NCBI GenBank assembly: GCA_963799385.1
Contig: CAWCXB010000018.1
Coordinates: forward strand, 27,698-91,697
Origin: an uncultured Verrucomicrobiae bacterium
Lineage (GTDB): Bacteria > Verrucomicrobiota > Verrucomicrobiia > Verrucomicrobiales > Akkermansiaceae
DNA: 64,000 nucleotides
Direction: 5' to 3'
Shown: in pieces, positions 29,071 to 39,210 of the stretch
Numbering within the stretch: the first letter of the stretch is position 1
Layout: each line of letters starts with the position of its first letter
Position numbers and translations under genes: made by a program
Notes under the pieces: generated by a model
Told to the model about the DNA's origin: nothing
What the model saw: only the letters and a program-made list of their open reading frames with translations
Databases searched by the model: none

Positions 29071-30834
29071 TTGAGGCAAAATCAGCCCCGGATGTTACGT
29101 AATTTTGCTGCCCTGTCATTTCTCCTGTGCGGAATTTCGAGCGCCGATCCCGTGTGGCAGCCCATCATCGACTATACGATCTCCTTTCCCGGCGACAGGA
29201 AGGATGCGGCTCCCATGATTAACCCGTTTGAAAACTTCACCCATTTCGCATCGGATTTTGGTTGGATGGGACCGGGCGGTGACAGGATTGATTCGCGCGG
29301 CGGCATCATTCATGTGAAGCCGGAGGGGCAATGGACCGGAGCCTGGCATTCACTTGCGGGATTGGCCTCGCAATCGTTCCGCTCCTTAGATCCCACCGAT
29401 CTGACAGGCCTTGAAGGACCGGAGGAAAAGCGCACTGGCATCCGCAAACTCAGTGTCAATGCCTCCGGCCACGGCACCGTGCGTTTTGAACTGGCCAATG
29501 TGAACCGGGCTGTCCTCTGGAGCAGCACGCTTGCAATCGACAGTAGTTCCACAGCCACCTACCAGTTCGATATCACCCCGTTCCCCAAGGGCAATATCAA
29601 GTTCATGAACTGGATTGCGGAGCCGGGCTGCGAGCTCCAAATTTCTTCCATCGGGTTCATCGCAGAGCGCCCGGAGATGTCCATGGAAGAGTGGGTGTTC
29701 CGGATTTCTCTAGGGAAACTCCGCCGCTGCCACGACGTAAAAAGCGGTTTCACCCGCGACCGGGGGCACATCCCGACGGGGGTTTTCGACTCCATCGCAT
29801 CCACCGGCATGCAGGCACTTGGTAGCGCGCTGGGAGCCGCCGAGGGCATCGTCCCAATGGATGAGGTTATCGCGGAAATTTCCACCACCATCACCGCCCT
29901 CCGCGCGCTGCCGAAGGCGGCTGGATTCCTCCCCCACTTCGTCCATCGCGATGACTCCGGGAGAATCACGATCCATCCCGGCACGGAGTTCAGCACTGTC
30001 GATACGGCGATCGCACTTCAATCTCTTCTCCTCGCCACGGATATCCTCGAGATGCCTGCTGCGCGGGATGATGTCATCGCGATGATTTCGGCACTCGATT
30101 TCGATGCTGTGACCGACTCGGAAGGATGGATCAGCCATGGATTTCTGGATGACGGAAAAACCCCGATCTCCAGTAATTGGGGCGATTGGGGAGGAGAGAC
30201 GGCACTCGTCCTAGCACTGGAAGCCATGGTCCCCGATCGCACTCCTCGAGGAAGAATGAGTGATTCCGGGGAAATTTATCGAGGAGTGGGTTTCATCGCA
30301 GAGCTGCAAAGCCTTTTCTATCCGGACTTCGACAAACCGGAGCCAGATCTTATCAGTGGCATCTCTTGGCCACAGACTCGAAGTGCCCTACTGGCCCAGC
30401 AGCAAAACTACATCAGTGAAACCTGGCCACAATCTCGCGCCGCACGCGACGGTATTTTCTCTCTCTCGGCAGGCGAAGCAGCGATGCCCGGAGCCGGCTA
30501 CACTGCGAACGGAGTTGATGTCATGGGAGTCCGCTGGCTGCACCCTCACTACATGCTCATGGGTCTCGCCCTGAGCGGAACGGATCAGTATTCCAATGGC
30601 CTCCAAAAACTTGATTCCGTCGCCCTGCTCCAACCACTAGGCTTACCGGAAAATATCGAGGTCGAGCTGAATCTTCATAACCCCATGCAAGGCTCCCTCT
30701 ACGCCGCGTTCGAAACTCTCGCCACCTACCACGGATGGAGAAAACGGAACACACCGGAGAATTTTCTCGATCAAGCCTCAATGACCAATCCGCTCACCCG
30801 CAAAGCCGCCTCCCGCTTCTATTCTCTTCATTGA
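29071..30834 (+). CDS. Secreted protein with glucoamylase-like (alpha/alpha)6 domain, possible beta-1,2-glucan-active hydrolase (start may be 29092)
   Basis: SIASTGM, GFLPHFV, EFSTVDTAI, ISHGF, WGDWGGETAL resemble GH144/DUF3131-like motifs. Confidence 0.5.
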   Translation: MRQNQPRMLRNFAALSFLLCGISSADPVWQPIIDYTISFPGDRKDAAPMINPFENFTHFASDFGWMGPGGDRIDSRGGIIHVKPEGQWTGAWHSLAGLASQSFRSLDPTDLTGLEGPEEKRTGIRKLSVNASGHGTVRFELANVNRAVLWSSTLAIDSSSTATYQFDITPFPKGNIKFMNWIAEPGCELQISSIGFIAERPEMSMEEWVFRISLGKLRRCHDVKSGFTRDRGHIPTGVFDSIASTGMQALGSALGAAEGIVPMDEVIAEISTTITALRALPKAAGFLPHFVHRDDSGRITIHPGTEFSTVDTAIALQSLLLATDILEMPAARDDVIAMISALDFDAVTDSEGWISHGFLDDGKTPISSNWGDWGGETALVLALEAMVPDRTPRGRMSDSGEIYRGVGFIAELQSLFYPDFDKPEPDLISGISWPQTRSALLAQQQNYISETWPQSRAARDGIFSLSAGEAAMPGAGYTANGVDVMGVRWLHPHYMLMGLALSGTDQYSNGLQKLDSVALLQPLGLPENIEVELNLHNPMQGSLYAAFETLATYHGWRKRNTPENFLDQASMTNPLTRKAASRFYSLH

Positions 30835-30867
30835 GGTTTAAAATTTATAATTGAAAGTTTCCCTCCT

Positions 30868-31722
30868 ATGCCCGGCCTCATCCTTAAACTCTCTTCCCCG
30901 GATCATCCGGGAATCGTCGCAAAAATCGCGTCCTACGTCGCTGCCCATCAAGGCAACCTCACCGAGTTCAGCCAGTTCTCCGACCAGCTCGGGAAAAAAT
31001 TCTTCGCCCGCCTGGAGATCGATACATCCGGGCTCGATGTGACCGTGGAGGATTTCAAAACCGGCTTCGGCACCCTCGGCCGCTCCCTCGGCGCCACCTG
31101 GCACTTCCGCGAGCTGCCTTATAAAATGCGCACCGCAGTGCTCGTCACAAAAACCGACCACTGCCTCAACGAAATCCTCCTCCGCACCGAGCTAGGCGAG
31201 CTTCCCATCGAAATCACCTCACTCATCGGGAACCGCGACAACTGCGCACACATCGCCCAACGCGCCGGCCTCCCCTTCCACCACATCGAGATGGACGGCC
31301 CGCTGCGCGAAAAAGGCTTCTTCGAAATCCGCGATCTCCTCCTCGCCCAGGACGTCGAGCTCATCGTCCTCGCCCGCTTCATGCAGATACTGCCGGACGG
31401 CTTCTGCCAGGAGTTCTCCGGGAAAATTATCAACATCCACCACTCCTTCCTCCCCGCATTCATCGGCGCAAACCCCTACCGCCAGGCCCACGAGCGCGGC
31501 GTGAAACTCATCGGTGCCACCTGTCACTATGTCACCGCGGATCTCGATGCTGGCCCCATCATCGAGCAGGAAGTAGAGCGCGTCTCCCACTTCCACTCCC
31601 CCAACGACCTCGCCCGCCTCGGCCGCCACTGCGAGCGCGCCGCCCTCGCCCGCGGCATACGCTACCACGTCCACGACCGCACCATCATCGACGGCCACCG
31701 CGCCATCGTCTTCCCGGATTGA
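30868..31722 (+). CDS. purU: Formyltetrahydrofolate deformylase
   Basis: N-terminal ACT domain (PDHPGIVA), LARFMQIL, INIHHSFLPAFIGANPY, GVKLIGATCHYVT. Confidence 0.96.
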   Translation: MPGLILKLSSPDHPGIVAKIASYVAAHQGNLTEFSQFSDQLGKKFFARLEIDTSGLDVTVEDFKTGFGTLGRSLGATWHFRELPYKMRTAVLVTKTDHCLNEILLRTELGELPIEITSLIGNRDNCAHIAQRAGLPFHHIEMDGPLREKGFFEIRDLLLAQDVELIVLARFMQILPDGFCQEFSGKIINIHHSFLPAFIGANPYRQAHERGVKLIGATCHYVTADLDAGPIIEQEVERVSHFHSPNDLARLGRHCERAALARGIRYHVHDRTIIDGHRAIVFPD

Positions 31723-32014
31723 TTCCCTCAAGGAGGGGCGGACAAGGAGTCGCGGATGGTATCCGCGAGTGGAAGAAAGAAAGGCGGATACCATCCGCCT
31801 CTCCTTGTTTATGATGCCCGCCTCTATTCATAAGGCACCTGCTATTCGAATATTTTCCTGGTTTGATCGCCCTACCACAAACCACAGCAACGCTCGAGAT
31901 GTGGCCATTCCGCTTTTCCACCAGTTCTCGACAAGTGAAATGTTGCCGTGAAGCACCCGTTGAGCACTTCGGGTTCTGCTGTGCAGAGCATCGTGAAGAC
32001 GAAAATTGGGGGGC

Positions 32015-32088
32015 GGGTTCAGGGTTCAGGGTTCAGGGTTCAGGGTTCAGGGTTCAGGGTTCAGGGTTCAGGGTTCAGGGTTCAGGGT
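32015..32088 (+). repeat. Perfect heptamer tandem repeat (GGGTTCA)x10
   Basis: Counted directly. Confidence 0.97.
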
Positions 32089-32346
32089 GCGGGAGGCTCG
32101 AGATCGGCGGTTAGGCGGGTTTTGAGGAAAGCGGCTTTTCCGCCGCAGTCCTTGGACTGCGGCGATCTCACCAACTGAAAAATCACACTTCTTTTGCATG
32201 GGTGTTGCGCGGTTCCTGTACGTGTTTTGTTATCATTGGCGATGGGATTAAATGGCGTTTTTGAAAACAGGCACTACCGGGCGGTTTGGGGGGATTACCG
32301 GGCGGTTTCGTGTGCCGACCGGGGGGATTTGCCACCACATGGGCGC

Positions 32347-34461
32347 TCAGACTGACGGCCTGGCGCGGTAGCTTTCGATGGCCGTTTTCCAGACGGGATG
32401 AATCTCGTCCTCGTTCGCCAGCCACACGCTGCGGTGCGCCATGAGCATGGCCGGGAATAGGTAGAGCAATCGCCCTGTTTCCTCTGGAGAGAGACTCGCC
32501 GGTCCCTCTTTGAGGCAACGCTTTGCGAGCGCTTCTTCCACCGAGTTCATTTCCGAATGCTCTAGCAGAGAAAGGTGGATGCCGTTGACGTAGGGATCCA
32601 CGACAGCCGCCACAAAACCCCTGCGTTGGGGAAAATCCGCATTGAGCACGGAATGAACGATCTGCTCGGCACTTTCCGCAAGTTGAAGAATCTCGGGCGG
32701 CGAGGTTTCATCCGGTGTGAGGAGGACTTTCCCGCGCTGGAGAGCTGCTCCAATCTTCGTCCTGCTTGTCCAAACGGAGACCGGCACGCTCAACACCAGC
32801 CCTGCCAATATTGGAGCCATCCAGATGGCGAACGACGGCCCGATTCTTAACGCGAGCAGCGTCCATCCGATCCCAGCAATCGTAGGAAAAGCATGGAAAC
32901 GCAGGGCATCCGTCCAAGCGGTTCCATCCGCCTCCCGGTTCTGATTGCCCCATCCTACGGCCTTTCCAGACATGATGCTTAAAACCATCAAAGTGTGCGC
33001 GAGCATCATCACTGGCGCGAGGAGAATGGAGATGAGGGTTTCGAGGAAAGCACTTGCAACGATCGCCGCGGAGCCTCCGAAAGACTTCCTCAGTGAGGGC
33101 ACCGCAAGAGCGCGGATCACGGCGAGAATTTTCGGAGAAAACAATAGAAAGGCGACTGCGAGTGCTAGCATCAAACCCTGCATCGCTGTGCCGATTCCGA
33201 ACCATTGCTGAACAAATCCCTCGAAGGGCAAAGGTGTTAGATTGCTCTCCCGATAGTCCCACGCCAGCCACGTCCCGAGGGCGAGGAAAAGAAACCACAA
33301 CGGCCCGCCAAGGTAGGCCATGATCCCCATGAAAAGGTGAATACGCACGGTGAGTGGAAGCTTCCGGGCGAAGATCAGCCACAGGTGCTGGAGGTTTCCC
33401 TGGCACCAGCGGCGGTCGCGTTTCAAGTGGTCGATCAAGGTGGGCGGGGCCTCCTCATACGTGCCCTCAATGTCCCAGCCCAGCCAGACCTCCCAGCCCT
33501 GCGAAACCATCAGGGCAGCCTCGACGAAATCATGACTGAGTATCCTTCCCCCAAACGGCTCTCGCCCAGGTAACGCGGGAAGCTCGCAGAATTCGGAAAA
33601 CGGCTGCACACGTATCATCGCGTTATGCCCCCAGTAGCTCCCCCCGGAGAGTTGCCAGAAATTCAGCCCACGAATAAACAGCGGCCCGTAGATCGACATG
33701 GCGAATTGCTGGAGCCGGGTGAAAACGGATGTGCCACGCAAAAGTTTCGGCGGTGTTTGTAGGATTCCCAGCTTTGGGTGCTTCTCCATCACCCGCGCCA
33801 TGCGGACGATGTCTCGGCCATCCATCAAGCTGTCCGCGTCCAGCACGAGCATGCCCTCGTAGCGACCGCCCCATTTCCGGACGAAGTCGCCGATGTTTCC
33901 GGCCTTGCGGTTTTCGTTTGTCCTACGACGTCTGTAGTAGATTTTCCCGAAGCCATCCAGCCTGCGGCACAGATTCGCCCATGCGACTTCCTCAATGATC
34001 CAGAGATCGATGTCCCGGGTATCGCTCAGGAGAAAGAAATCGAATGAATCCAGATGCCCGGTGGCCTTGATAGATCGGTAGATGGCCTCGATACGGGCAC
34101 AGAATTTCGCACTGTCCTCATTATAGACAGGCATCACGACCGAGAAACGGCGGGAAAGATTCTCCGTCCCCTCCCCGGCTAGGCTCGTGATACTCACCGT
34201 CCGCCGCCTGCCCACGGACATTTCCATCGCTCCGAAAAGCGCATGGAAGGAACCCAAGACCAATAGCCCGTTGAGCACGGCGAAGATCATCAGTAGTGGC
34301 ACGTGGACGCGGTGATATCCCTCGCTCCAGAAAAGATCCGCCAGCCAGAAAACGCTCACCGCATTTGCCAGCAGCACGGAACCGAAAAACACGATGCGTC
34401 TCATCCGGACCCTGCCGGGGCTGATCAGTTGGATGCTTGAGGTTTCCGTTTCTTGTTCCAT
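32347..34461 (-). CDS. opgH: Glucans biosynthesis glucosyltransferase H
   Basis: MPVYNED, RKAGNI, VLDADS, YWGHNAMIR, ILSHDFVEAA, RDRRWCQGNLQH. Confidence 0.95.
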   Translation of the reverse strand: MEQETETSSIQLISPGRVRMRRIVFFGSVLLANAVSVFWLADLFWSEGYHRVHVPLLMIFAVLNGLLVLGSFHALFGAMEMSVGRRRTVSITSLAGEGTENLSRRFSVVMPVYNEDSAKFCARIEAIYRSIKATGHLDSFDFFLLSDTRDIDLWIIEEVAWANLCRRLDGFGKIYYRRRRTNENRKAGNIGDFVRKWGGRYEGMLVLDADSLMDGRDIVRMARVMEKHPKLGILQTPPKLLRGTSVFTRLQQFAMSIYGPLFIRGLNFWQLSGGSYWGHNAMIRVQPFSEFCELPALPGREPFGGRILSHDFVEAALMVSQGWEVWLGWDIEGTYEEAPPTLIDHLKRDRRWCQGNLQHLWLIFARKLPLTVRIHLFMGIMAYLGGPLWFLFLALGTWLAWDYRESNLTPLPFEGFVQQWFGIGTAMQGLMLALAVAFLLFSPKILAVIRALAVPSLRKSFGGSAAIVASAFLETLISILLAPVMMLAHTLMVLSIMSGKAVGWGNQNREADGTAWTDALRFHAFPTIAGIGWTLLALRIGPSFAIWMAPILAGLVLSVPVSVWTSRTKIGAALQRGKVLLTPDETSPPEILQLAESAEQIVHSVLNADFPQRRGFVAAVVDPYVNGIHLSLLEHSEMNSVEEALAKRCLKEGPASLSPEETGRLLYLFPAMLMAHRSVWLANEDEIHPVWKTAIESYRARPSV

Positions 34462-35051
34462 TAGGAAAAAAAGATGACCCAGACCAAGCCAGCGAGGATC
34501 GAAAGAGCCACCACGGCGGACATTTTCCTAACGATGGGCCGCCTGTCCATCGTCTCCCACCATTGCGCCGCCCCACTGCCGAGGGCATTGAGACGCAGTG
34601 GCTTTGGGACCATCGTCAGCTCCGCAAAGCTCGGGCCAGCGGCGAGGTAGGATTTCCTCATCGCATCCACGAAAGCCTCCGGCCACGGGGCCGGGGTGAG
34701 AAAGATGCCCTGCCACTTGTCCGGCATCCCAGCCAAGAGCAGCGCGAGCCTCCCGCGCGCGGCCAGCCTCTTGTTTTCCAACTCCTCACCCAGCACCTCC
34801 TGGGTCCACTCGCCGATCTCTAAGAGCGTCTCTTCCATCGCGAGCATGCGCGCGGATTTCTCAGGCTCAATCGCCCTTCTCGCGGAGGCATTCCAAAGGA
34901 TGCGCCTTACCAGCTCCGCAAGCAGCAGCCGGTTCCGCACCCGCAACGAGCATAGGTATGCCTCCACAGTGGCGTAGGCTTCCTCCCATTCCTGTAGCTC
35001 TACCTCACCGAGATCGCGGAGGGTTTCTAGGGATCTATGCGGTACACCCAT
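34461..35051 (-). CDS. Hypothetical protein with C-terminal TM, inside the opgGH operon
   Basis: Overlaps both neighbours on the same strand; plausible amino-acid composition. Confidence 0.7.
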   Translation of the reverse strand: MGVPHRSLETLRDLGEVELQEWEEAYATVEAYLCSLRVRNRLLLAELVRRILWNASARRAIEPEKSARMLAMEETLLEIGEWTQEVLGEELENKRLAARGRLALLLAGMPDKWQGIFLTPAPWPEAFVDAMRKSYLAAGPSFAELTMVPKPLRLNALGSGAAQWWETMDRRPIVRKMSAVVALSILAGLVWVIFFS

Positions 35052-36604
35052 GTTTCTGTCAGGAAATCTTCACCCCTCTTCAAGCCAGCCCGCAGCTCAA
35101 GCGGACCCGTTTCAGAAAGCTTTGCCCCGTCTTCCTTCGGCGCGAGCTGGAAGGCCAGCCTCACCCGGCCTCCCGGCAAGCTTTGCACCGCCGTGCCCTG
35201 CACCACCGCCTCAACCCCGGAGAGACTTCGCGCCTCCACGAAAGCCTCCGGCAGCGATCCATCCTCCGCAACCAGCCCCTCGCCCTCGAACTCCACCACC
35301 ATCGTCCTCTGCTCCGGCTGCCAGTCATGCACCCCCGTCCGCGTCGCCGCAACAAACCGGCCCGCTCCCGAAGGATCCGGTGCCATCGTCCAATGCTGCG
35401 TGTAGGAAAACTCCATGCGCTCTCCCGGCACGGCAGCCTTCTGCGGCACCCACATCGCGACGGCATTGTCAGCAAGCTCGTTGGTCGTCGGAATTTCCAT
35501 CAGCATCACACTGCCCGCCCCCCACTCGGAAGTCGGCTCAATCCACAGCGAAGGGCGTTTCTCATATCCAGCCTCCCCATCCTCGTATGCCTCGAAACGC
35601 CTGTCACGCTGGAGCAACCCAAAGCCCTTGCAGTCGTCCATTTGAAAAAAGCTGAATCCAAGATTTCCCGTATCGTTCCCCAGAGGCCGCCAGATCCTCT
35701 CGCCGCTTCCTAGGTGTACGGCGAGACCGTCCGAATCATGCACCTCAGGCCGAAAGTCATCGAACCGACGTTTCGAATTCTCGCCAAACCAGAACATGCT
35801 CGACATAGGCGCGATGCCCAGCCGCCCGATTTCCTTTCTCGGAAACAGCACCGCCTTGACCGCCACACGCGTATCATCACCTGGGCGGATCTCGAACCTG
35901 TACGCGCCCGAAAGCGAAGGCCCATCCAGCAAACCGTAGAGGACCACCGATTCCGAACCCACTGACGGCTTCCGCAACCAGAACTCACGAAACGCAGGAA
36001 ATTCCTCCGCCACTCCGTCCGCACCCGTATCCACCGCCACCCCGCGTGCGGAAATCCCGTAAAGCTGCCCCTTTCCCAGGGCACGCCAGTAGCTTGCACC
36101 CTGGAAAACGATCAACTCATCGAAAACATCCGCCTTGTTCAGCGGCGCATGAAGCCGGAACCCCGCGAAACCACCATCGGAAGGCATTTCACCCCGCTCA
36201 CCCACCAGCTTGCCGTAGTTGAAAAATGCCTCCGTAAGCCTCACGTCCTGCATGTGAGTGCCCGTGGCCTCACGTATCGTTACCGGCTCGCGGAAAAGAT
36301 AACCCGGATGAAAAAACATCGCGCGGAACGGCAGGCCATCCTCCTTCCACAGCGCCATCTCCTCCTTGAAACGGATATCGCGGTATTGGTCGTAGGTGAG
36401 ATCTTTCATCCAGCCCGGCAACGATTCCTTATCCGGCGAGACATACGGCTCTTCAGCGAGCTGCTTTGCCCTCCCTTCGATTTCCGCAAAATCCACTTTC
36501 TCCCGCTCCCAATCCTGAGCCGTCGCGGGAACCCAAAGACCTAACAAAACAACCAACGGGCAATATTTCCGAATCACCAGCGGAGCATGCCGGAACACTT
36601 CCAA
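35027..36604 (-). CDS. opgG: Glucans biosynthesis protein G/D
   Basis: LTYDQYRDIRF, FQGASYWRA, YGISARG, EEFPAFREFW, APMSSMF, DFRPEVHDSDGL, TETWVY. Confidence 0.93.
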   Translation of the reverse strand: MEVFRHAPLVIRKYCPLVVLLGLWVPATAQDWEREKVDFAEIEGRAKQLAEEPYVSPDKESLPGWMKDLTYDQYRDIRFKEEMALWKEDGLPFRAMFFHPGYLFREPVTIREATGTHMQDVRLTEAFFNYGKLVGERGEMPSDGGFAGFRLHAPLNKADVFDELIVFQGASYWRALGKGQLYGISARGVAVDTGADGVAEEFPAFREFWLRKPSVGSESVVLYGLLDGPSLSGAYRFEIRPGDDTRVAVKAVLFPRKEIGRLGIAPMSSMFWFGENSKRRFDDFRPEVHDSDGLAVHLGSGERIWRPLGNDTGNLGFSFFQMDDCKGFGLLQRDRRFEAYEDGEAGYEKRPSLWIEPTSEWGAGSVMLMEIPTTNELADNAVAMWVPQKAAVPGERMEFSYTQHWTMAPDPSGAGRFVAATRTGVHDWQPEQRTMVVEFEGEGLVAEDGSLPEAFVEARSLSGVEAVVQGTAVQSLPGGRVRLAFQLAPKEDGAKLSETGPLELRAGLKRGEDFLTETWVYRIDP

Positions 36605-37181
36605 AAAATCAATCCAACTTTGAAGCCAAGTAAAACCGAGCGAGCGATCGAGCGAGGGAAAGCCACGAGAACAAAAAACGCCCCGGCACCGAGCGGGGAC
36701 GGGGAACCTGAATCAACAACAATGCGCAGAGAGTATTCTATTGATTAGCGCCCGTTGCCGCGCGAGCACCCCACGTCCACGATCAACGAACATTCCGTTC
36801 CTACACTGCCACCCGAAACTCTTCTTGGATCCAAAAGGGAACAAAATACCGCACCAGCCGCCTCCTCGCCACCAAAAGCCACCGTCCCTGCCTCCATCAA
36901 AACGATACAATTCACCCCCCCCCGAAGCCGAAGCCTTTTGGTGAAAATATTGTATCGACTCCCTAAATTCTCAGATATCCGATAAAAAATATCAGTTTGC
37001 CTAAGTTCCTATAATCTCAAATAGATCCAAAAAATCAAAGCGAACGAAACATACTCGGAAGAAGCTGGATTTAAAGCAGTTACGTGTCCCACCTGAATTG
37101 GACCTTGCTCCCCCCCGATCAAATACCCATCCTACCTGTGACAGAATACCCTGTTCGACAAGATTACGTTCGACAAGAAAT

Positions 37182-38105
37182 ATGCCATCGCTCGATTTCA
37201 CGGAGATTCCCTCAGCCAAAGCCGATAAGACTCAACCCGGCCAACAAGACACGTTTGAGCTGTTAGCACGTGAGGTTCTTGAGCTAGTCGGATTCACGAT
37301 CCTCTGTTCGCCGGATCGAGGCGCAGACGGAGGCAAAGACTTGATCGTTGAGGAGCGCCGAGTAGGTATTGGAGGCGAGACCGATATTCGCTGGCTTGTA
37401 TCCTGTAAGCACAACGCTCATACTGGTGTCTCCGTAACGCCAGCAGACGAGATCAATATCAATGATCGACTTGCCACGCACAATTGTAAGGGCTTTCTCG
37501 GATTCTACTCCACGATCCCAAGTTCGGGTTTAAGCGCAACAATCAACGCGCTGAGCGAGCATCAGGTATATGACAAAGAACGTATTGAGCGTTATTTACT
37601 CAGTTCGTCGAGCGGCTTAGAGATCGTAAGAAGATTTTTCCCTGATTCTTATAAGAGGTGGCGTTCAGACCCGAACCGTGCGGCCGACGTGATGTTCAAG
37701 GCACCTGAGTTAGAGTGTGGTTACTCAGGTATCAATTTGCTCCAACCTAAACCACAGGGCATCATTGTGCTTATAGAAGATCCTGCGAACACGGAATATA
37801 AGAAATACATTGTTGATGTTTATTGGTGCGCCAAGGGGGAGCCTGACCGCGTCCTTGAATACAAAGCGAGAGCTAAGGGATTTTACACCTCTTGGGAGGA
37901 TATTCCAGATATCATCATCCCTCGATTTTACCTTAAGTGGTGTCTCTCACTTGCAAATCAGATACGAGATGGCTGGGGCTATTCCGACGAAGCATATGAG
38001 AAGATCAAGAGGTTCCTAATTGCACTGTATCCATACGTCGCCAGAGACGTAACAGATTCAGAACGAGAGCGGGCGGAGTCGTTGCTTGAATTCGGCATCA
38101 TGTAG
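37182..38105 (+). CDS. Cassette 1: restriction-endonuclease-like (Mrr-cat, PD-(D/E)xK) domain protein
   Basis: FELLAREVL...DRGADGGKDLIVEE...WLVSCKH; ATG 37182 follows GTTCGAC-aagaaat. Confidence 0.78.
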   Translation: MPSLDFTEIPSAKADKTQPGQQDTFELLAREVLELVGFTILCSPDRGADGGKDLIVEERRVGIGGETDIRWLVSCKHNAHTGVSVTPADEININDRLATHNCKGFLGFYSTIPSSGLSATINALSEHQVYDKERIERYLLSSSSGLEIVRRFFPDSYKRWRSDPNRAADVMFKAPELECGYSGINLLQPKPQGIIVLIEDPANTEYKKYIVDVYWCAKGEPDRVLEYKARAKGFYTSWEDIPDIIIPRFYLKWCLSLANQIRDGWGYSDEAYEKIKRFLIALYPYVARDVTDSERERAESLLEFGIM

Positions 38106-38130
38106 TTTCTACAGACTAATAAAAGAAGAA

Positions 38131-38218
38131 GTCGAACAAGTCGGAGATGGCGACGCCGAGGAAGCCGTCTGATCAAATTGGGAGTTGACACCGGCGCGCC
38201 ATTCCTATGACGTTCGGT
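38131..38218 (+). other. attC site 1 (intact)
   Basis: R'' GTCGAAC, 5 bp, L'' GGAGATGG...L' CCATTCC, 6 bp, R' GTTCGGT; stem has two extrahelical bases. Confidence 0.9.
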
Positions 38219-38240
38219 AAGAAAATTTCAAACAAAACCT

Positions 38241-38804
38241 ATGAAGACATTCACCATAATCCTGTCCAGCGCCATAACGATAGCTCTGACATTCTTCGCT
38301 GGGATGCAATTTCCTAGTGATGAAAAAAATTCTGAGCAGCGAATCGTTTCAACCCAGATAGCAGATTATTCTGATCTCAACATTCGAACCAATCTTGAAG
38401 ACGACGGCTCGCGGATACTTTGGATAAGATCCGAAGATCAAATACGAGTCTTTCGGTTTGAGATTTCCTCAAGCGGGAACATTTCGAGCAAGAGGGACTA
38501 TCGAATAGACCGCAAAGGCAACCCAATGAAATGCAGGATTTTCGACAAGACTAATACCGAAGTGTTTAAGGCTAGATATGGATATAGAACGACTGACGGA
38601 CTATTGGTTGAAGAGCAAATATTTGATTCGAAGAACAAACATCTAGACCGTCAGCAAGAGGAAGAAGTCCCAGTTCGTAGGATAGTTTACTCTGGGGAAC
38701 TCGGTGCTACTGATCCGAATCCAACCATAATTGAGCTTGTCTCTATGGAGTTGCCCAATAACCTCATTACGGCATCTCTACCATTCGATGCCCAAGACGA
38801 ATAA
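38241..38804 (+). CDS. Cassette 2: hypothetical secreted/membrane-anchored protein
   Basis: 187 aa with N-terminal hydrophobic segment; fills the cassette and stops 4 bp before R''. Confidence 0.75.
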   Translation: MKTFTIILSSAITIALTFFAGMQFPSDEKNSEQRIVSTQIADYSDLNIRTNLEDDGSRILWIRSEDQIRVFRFEISSSGNISSKRDYRIDRKGNPMKCRIFDKTNTEVFKARYGYRTTDGLLVEEQIFDSKNKHLDRQQEEEVPVRRIVYSGELGATDPNPTIIELVSMELPNNLITASLPFDAQDE

Positions 38805-38808
38805 ATAA

Positions 38809-38893
38809 ACCGAACAAGGCGGAGATGGCGACGCCGAGGAAGCCGTCTGATTAAATTCGGGCGTTTACACCGGCGCGCCATTCCTATAACGTT
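38809..38893 (+). other. attC site 2, interrupted in R' by IS110 copy 1
   Basis: ACCGAAC...tataacGTT then IS; the rest of R' (CGCA) resumes at 40644. Confidence 0.9.
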
Positions 38894-38980
38894 GCTATGG
38901 CTGCCTGTTTGTCAATGGGCAAAAGTTTGTCTACGTCATCTGTAGTATCTGATGAGTTTTCTTCCGGTTTTTCTTCGCTG

Positions 38981-39210
38981 TAGGCCGGGATGGGAATGGC
39001 GGGTTTGATCCAGTTGTGATCAGCAGGTTCGCCTAGTGCTTGGTATGCTGCTATTCGTGGGCTGTTCCTTTCGGAACCTTTCCAACAGTTTCTTTATTCA
39101 CGTTTGTGGCTCTTGTTTCAGTCTCTTCACGGGTGCTCATTCAGCTGTGCTGAACTAACCCAGAACGTTTATCGAGGATTGAGCCGGCTGGCGCTTCCCA
39201 TCCCGGTCTG
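38981..39210 (-). ncRNA. Putative bridge/seek RNA of IS copy 1 (copy 2 at 41591..41820)
   Basis: Non-coding region 3' of the transposase, closed by the stem taggccgggatgggaa/ttcccatcccggtctg; contains AACGTTCTG on the minus strand (39161-39169) matching the target. Confidence 0.55.

Noticed and set aside
31863-32178. ORFs with GSGFRVQ repeats
   Set aside because: They are translations of the (GGGTTCA)10 array.
36605-37150. Integron integrase upstream of the array
   Set aside because: Only short ORFs, with no tyrosine-recombinase motifs recognisable.
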